Shown here piece after piece: positions 61,927 to 64,000 of a DNA stretch of 64,000 nt. Location: assembly GCA_009103225.1 (NCBI GenBank), contig RHPI01002491.1, positions 1-64,000 of the forward strand, read 5' to 3'. This DNA comes from Chlorokybus atmophyticus (taxonomy: Eukaryota > Plantae > Mesostigma and Chlorokybus algae). Position 1 is the stretch's first letter, and every line of letters begins with the position of its first letter. The notes under the pieces are model-generated. The model saw nothing but the letters and a program-made list of their open reading frames with translations, was not told where the DNA came from and did not search any database. Both the position numbers and the translations under genes were made by a program.

Positions 61927-63452
61927 TCACAAACCCTGCGGTTGCACAATTTGTCGCGATGAGGTCCACACCTCTACCATCAAGTCAATGCTTGTTTGGC
62001 TGCTTGCCATAGTAGTTCTGTGCCATAACATGGTTGTCCTTATAGATTGATGTGATGCTAGTCTAGCCCTCCTCGGGAATTTAAAGTTGCAATTGACAAT
62101 CACTTGTAACACGAATATCCGCCGGCCACCCTGGTACCTCGATTCCCTCTTCAACTCAAGTTGCCACCACGGGTCCCGCGCCCAGCAATCAATTGGTGTC
62201 CACTTTACCACACGCTGCACCAGGCATGTCACTTGGCCTGTGGCAGTATCGATGGCGTGCAGCATCATACTTTTGGGGCGCACACACATGCTCTCCGAGA
62301 CGTCGAGCACTATTGCTTTCATGCCCGTGATGCGATTTCTGTTTATGGCAAACTCCCCCCCTGCGTCTGCTTTGATAAACCTGGACAACGTGCCGGCCGC
62401 TGTCTCCATCGTCAGCATGCAGGTGATGGCGGGAGCTAAGATCGAAGCCACTTTGTGCGTGTTCACAGGGGTGGGCTGCTCAAGATTGCATACAGCTGAT
62501 TGGCGGTGGCTGCAATAGACGGCTGGTCATCCTGCGCGCAAACAGCTTTACAAGTACACGTATTGAGAAACAGATGACGACCATCACGCACAGTGCACGA
62601 GTCAGTGAAAACCACATAGGTCATGCAGTTGTTCAGCCATTATTTGGCAGCTTGGAAGGGTTTGCCATAAACGTGTGACAGCAGCACTCTACCAATGATT
62701 TGCAGTCAACATCTTAGAAACTCAACCTAATATGCCAGACCTGGCGAGCATTGTACCTTGCCGGGTTTTTATGCAAGTGAGACGCGCAATGCACAAGGCC
62801 GAAACAGGATATACAACAGTCAGATTGTAGCAGACAATACACAAAGCTGAAGCGTGCAGTGTGCTACACAGGCACGCGCGAACATGGCAAAAATGAATAG
62901 ATAGGTGTAGGGAGGATAGTGCAGTGTGCCACTATGCATTGCCACTGCAGCCAGTCACACTGGATTCAGGTGATGCCATTCACAGAGCTTGCTCGTCAAC
63001 TTGTAGAATAGTTGACCTGCAAGCTCTTTCAATCAGTCACACACTGCGCAAATAACACACCCACGCACAGATGCTTGCGCTCGCACGCTTGCAACTGACA
63101 AGTACGCACCTCGCTGAAGGCCGGCCATCGGCTGTACAGGAGTGGCCGCCACAATATATCGCAGGCGGCTGCATCGCGCCACTCGCGGCACACGCAGCTG
63201 GCACAGGCTGGGCTCGCTGCGTCCAGCAACTTCAGTACCTCGTCCAGAACATCCTTCGGCAGGTGACTCTCCTTGCTACGCAGGTTTTCTTCTTGCTGCA
63301 GCTGCTGCCGCAGCTGCCACAGCTCCGCCAGCGTGCGGTTCCGCTTCCTCGTTCTGCGCTTCAGCTTCTTCTGCTGCAGCTGCCGCAGCTGCTGCTCTGC
63401 CGCTCGCATGCGCTTCCGTCTCATCCTCAACGGCAGGACGAGGCGACGTCAT
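61927..63452 (-). CDS. F-box protein, multi-exon; N-terminal frame uncertain
   Basis: HLPKDVLDEVLKLLDAASPACASCVCREWRDAAACDILWRPL is an F-box; ORF 61927..62466 is a probable downstream exon. Confidence 0.6.
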
Positions 63453-64000
63453 GGCTCGCCTCTCTCTCTCTCTCTCTCTCTCCACCGCCGCCTTCCCGTC
63501 CACCACCTCGCCTCGCTTAAGCTGCCTGCAAACGATGCCTGTGAATTTGTGTCAGCCCCCGAGAAACAGGCGGTCGGACGCATTTTGAAATCTGGAGTGT
63601 TTGAACGCCAACGACAACCTCGAATAAGACTCAGTGAGCACTGAGAGTTTGCTCGTTGCCTATTTTCGTGGTTACGTACCGGTAGGCTTGAACTCCATGA
63701 ACTCGATGTTACATGTATCAACCAACAATTTTGCGAAATGGGTATGGGCACCACCCAATTTGCATGTGGTAATGTGGTAGCAGCAATGTTAGCGTGTTAT
63801 GTTACTACGTTACTACGAGCGGCTGAAGTCAATATTGCAATCCACCTTGATTCATGCATACACTTGGTGTGCAGTGTTTTATGCTATTGCTTTGTTCAAG
63901 ATTGCTTATGTTTCAGGCTTTCATATTCATATTTATATATCACAATTGTATGTCAAAAAGTCTGCATTCTTGCAAGCTATTTGCATATTAAGTGACTGAC

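Overview
Eukaryotic, intron-rich nuclear DNA, most likely from a green-lineage alga. This is inferred from short GT-AG introns, a plant-type plastid ICL/PEPM protein, SERRATE, plant-type MTR4 and TTTAGGG motifs. The window has three zones. (1) 1-14 kb is decayed accessory/TE-like sequence: a spliced Zn-finger/OTU/RING pseudogene bracketed by GTACCAT motif arrays, a divergent unknown gene, an N gap, a 53-bp tandem repeat, a SWIM-finger pseudogene and internally repeated ORFs. (2) 15-36 kb is a dense housekeeping block: ICL/PEP-mutase family, SERRATE, YfcE-like phosphoesterase, DDX11/Chl1 and MTR4. (3) 36.6-61.5 kb is a nest of three Ty3/Gypsy families (A, B, C) inside a split CRE-like non-LTR retrotransposon, followed by an F-box gene. 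The main finding concerns family B. Its 5'-type LTR meets the PBS without the canonical CA (GGCTTTT|TGGTATCGGAGC), while its 3' LTR ends GGCTTTTCACA. That 11-mer also lies right behind the polypurine tract as part of a palindrome, CACA-GC-TGTG. This suggests the right integrase attachment end is acquired from a pre-encoded circle-junction sequence by an extra strand transfer or circularisation step. Both 5'-type LTRs of the related family C also lack CA, whereas family A is canonical. All calls are by eye from the sequence and the ORF track; no database searches were run, and exon boundaries are approximate.
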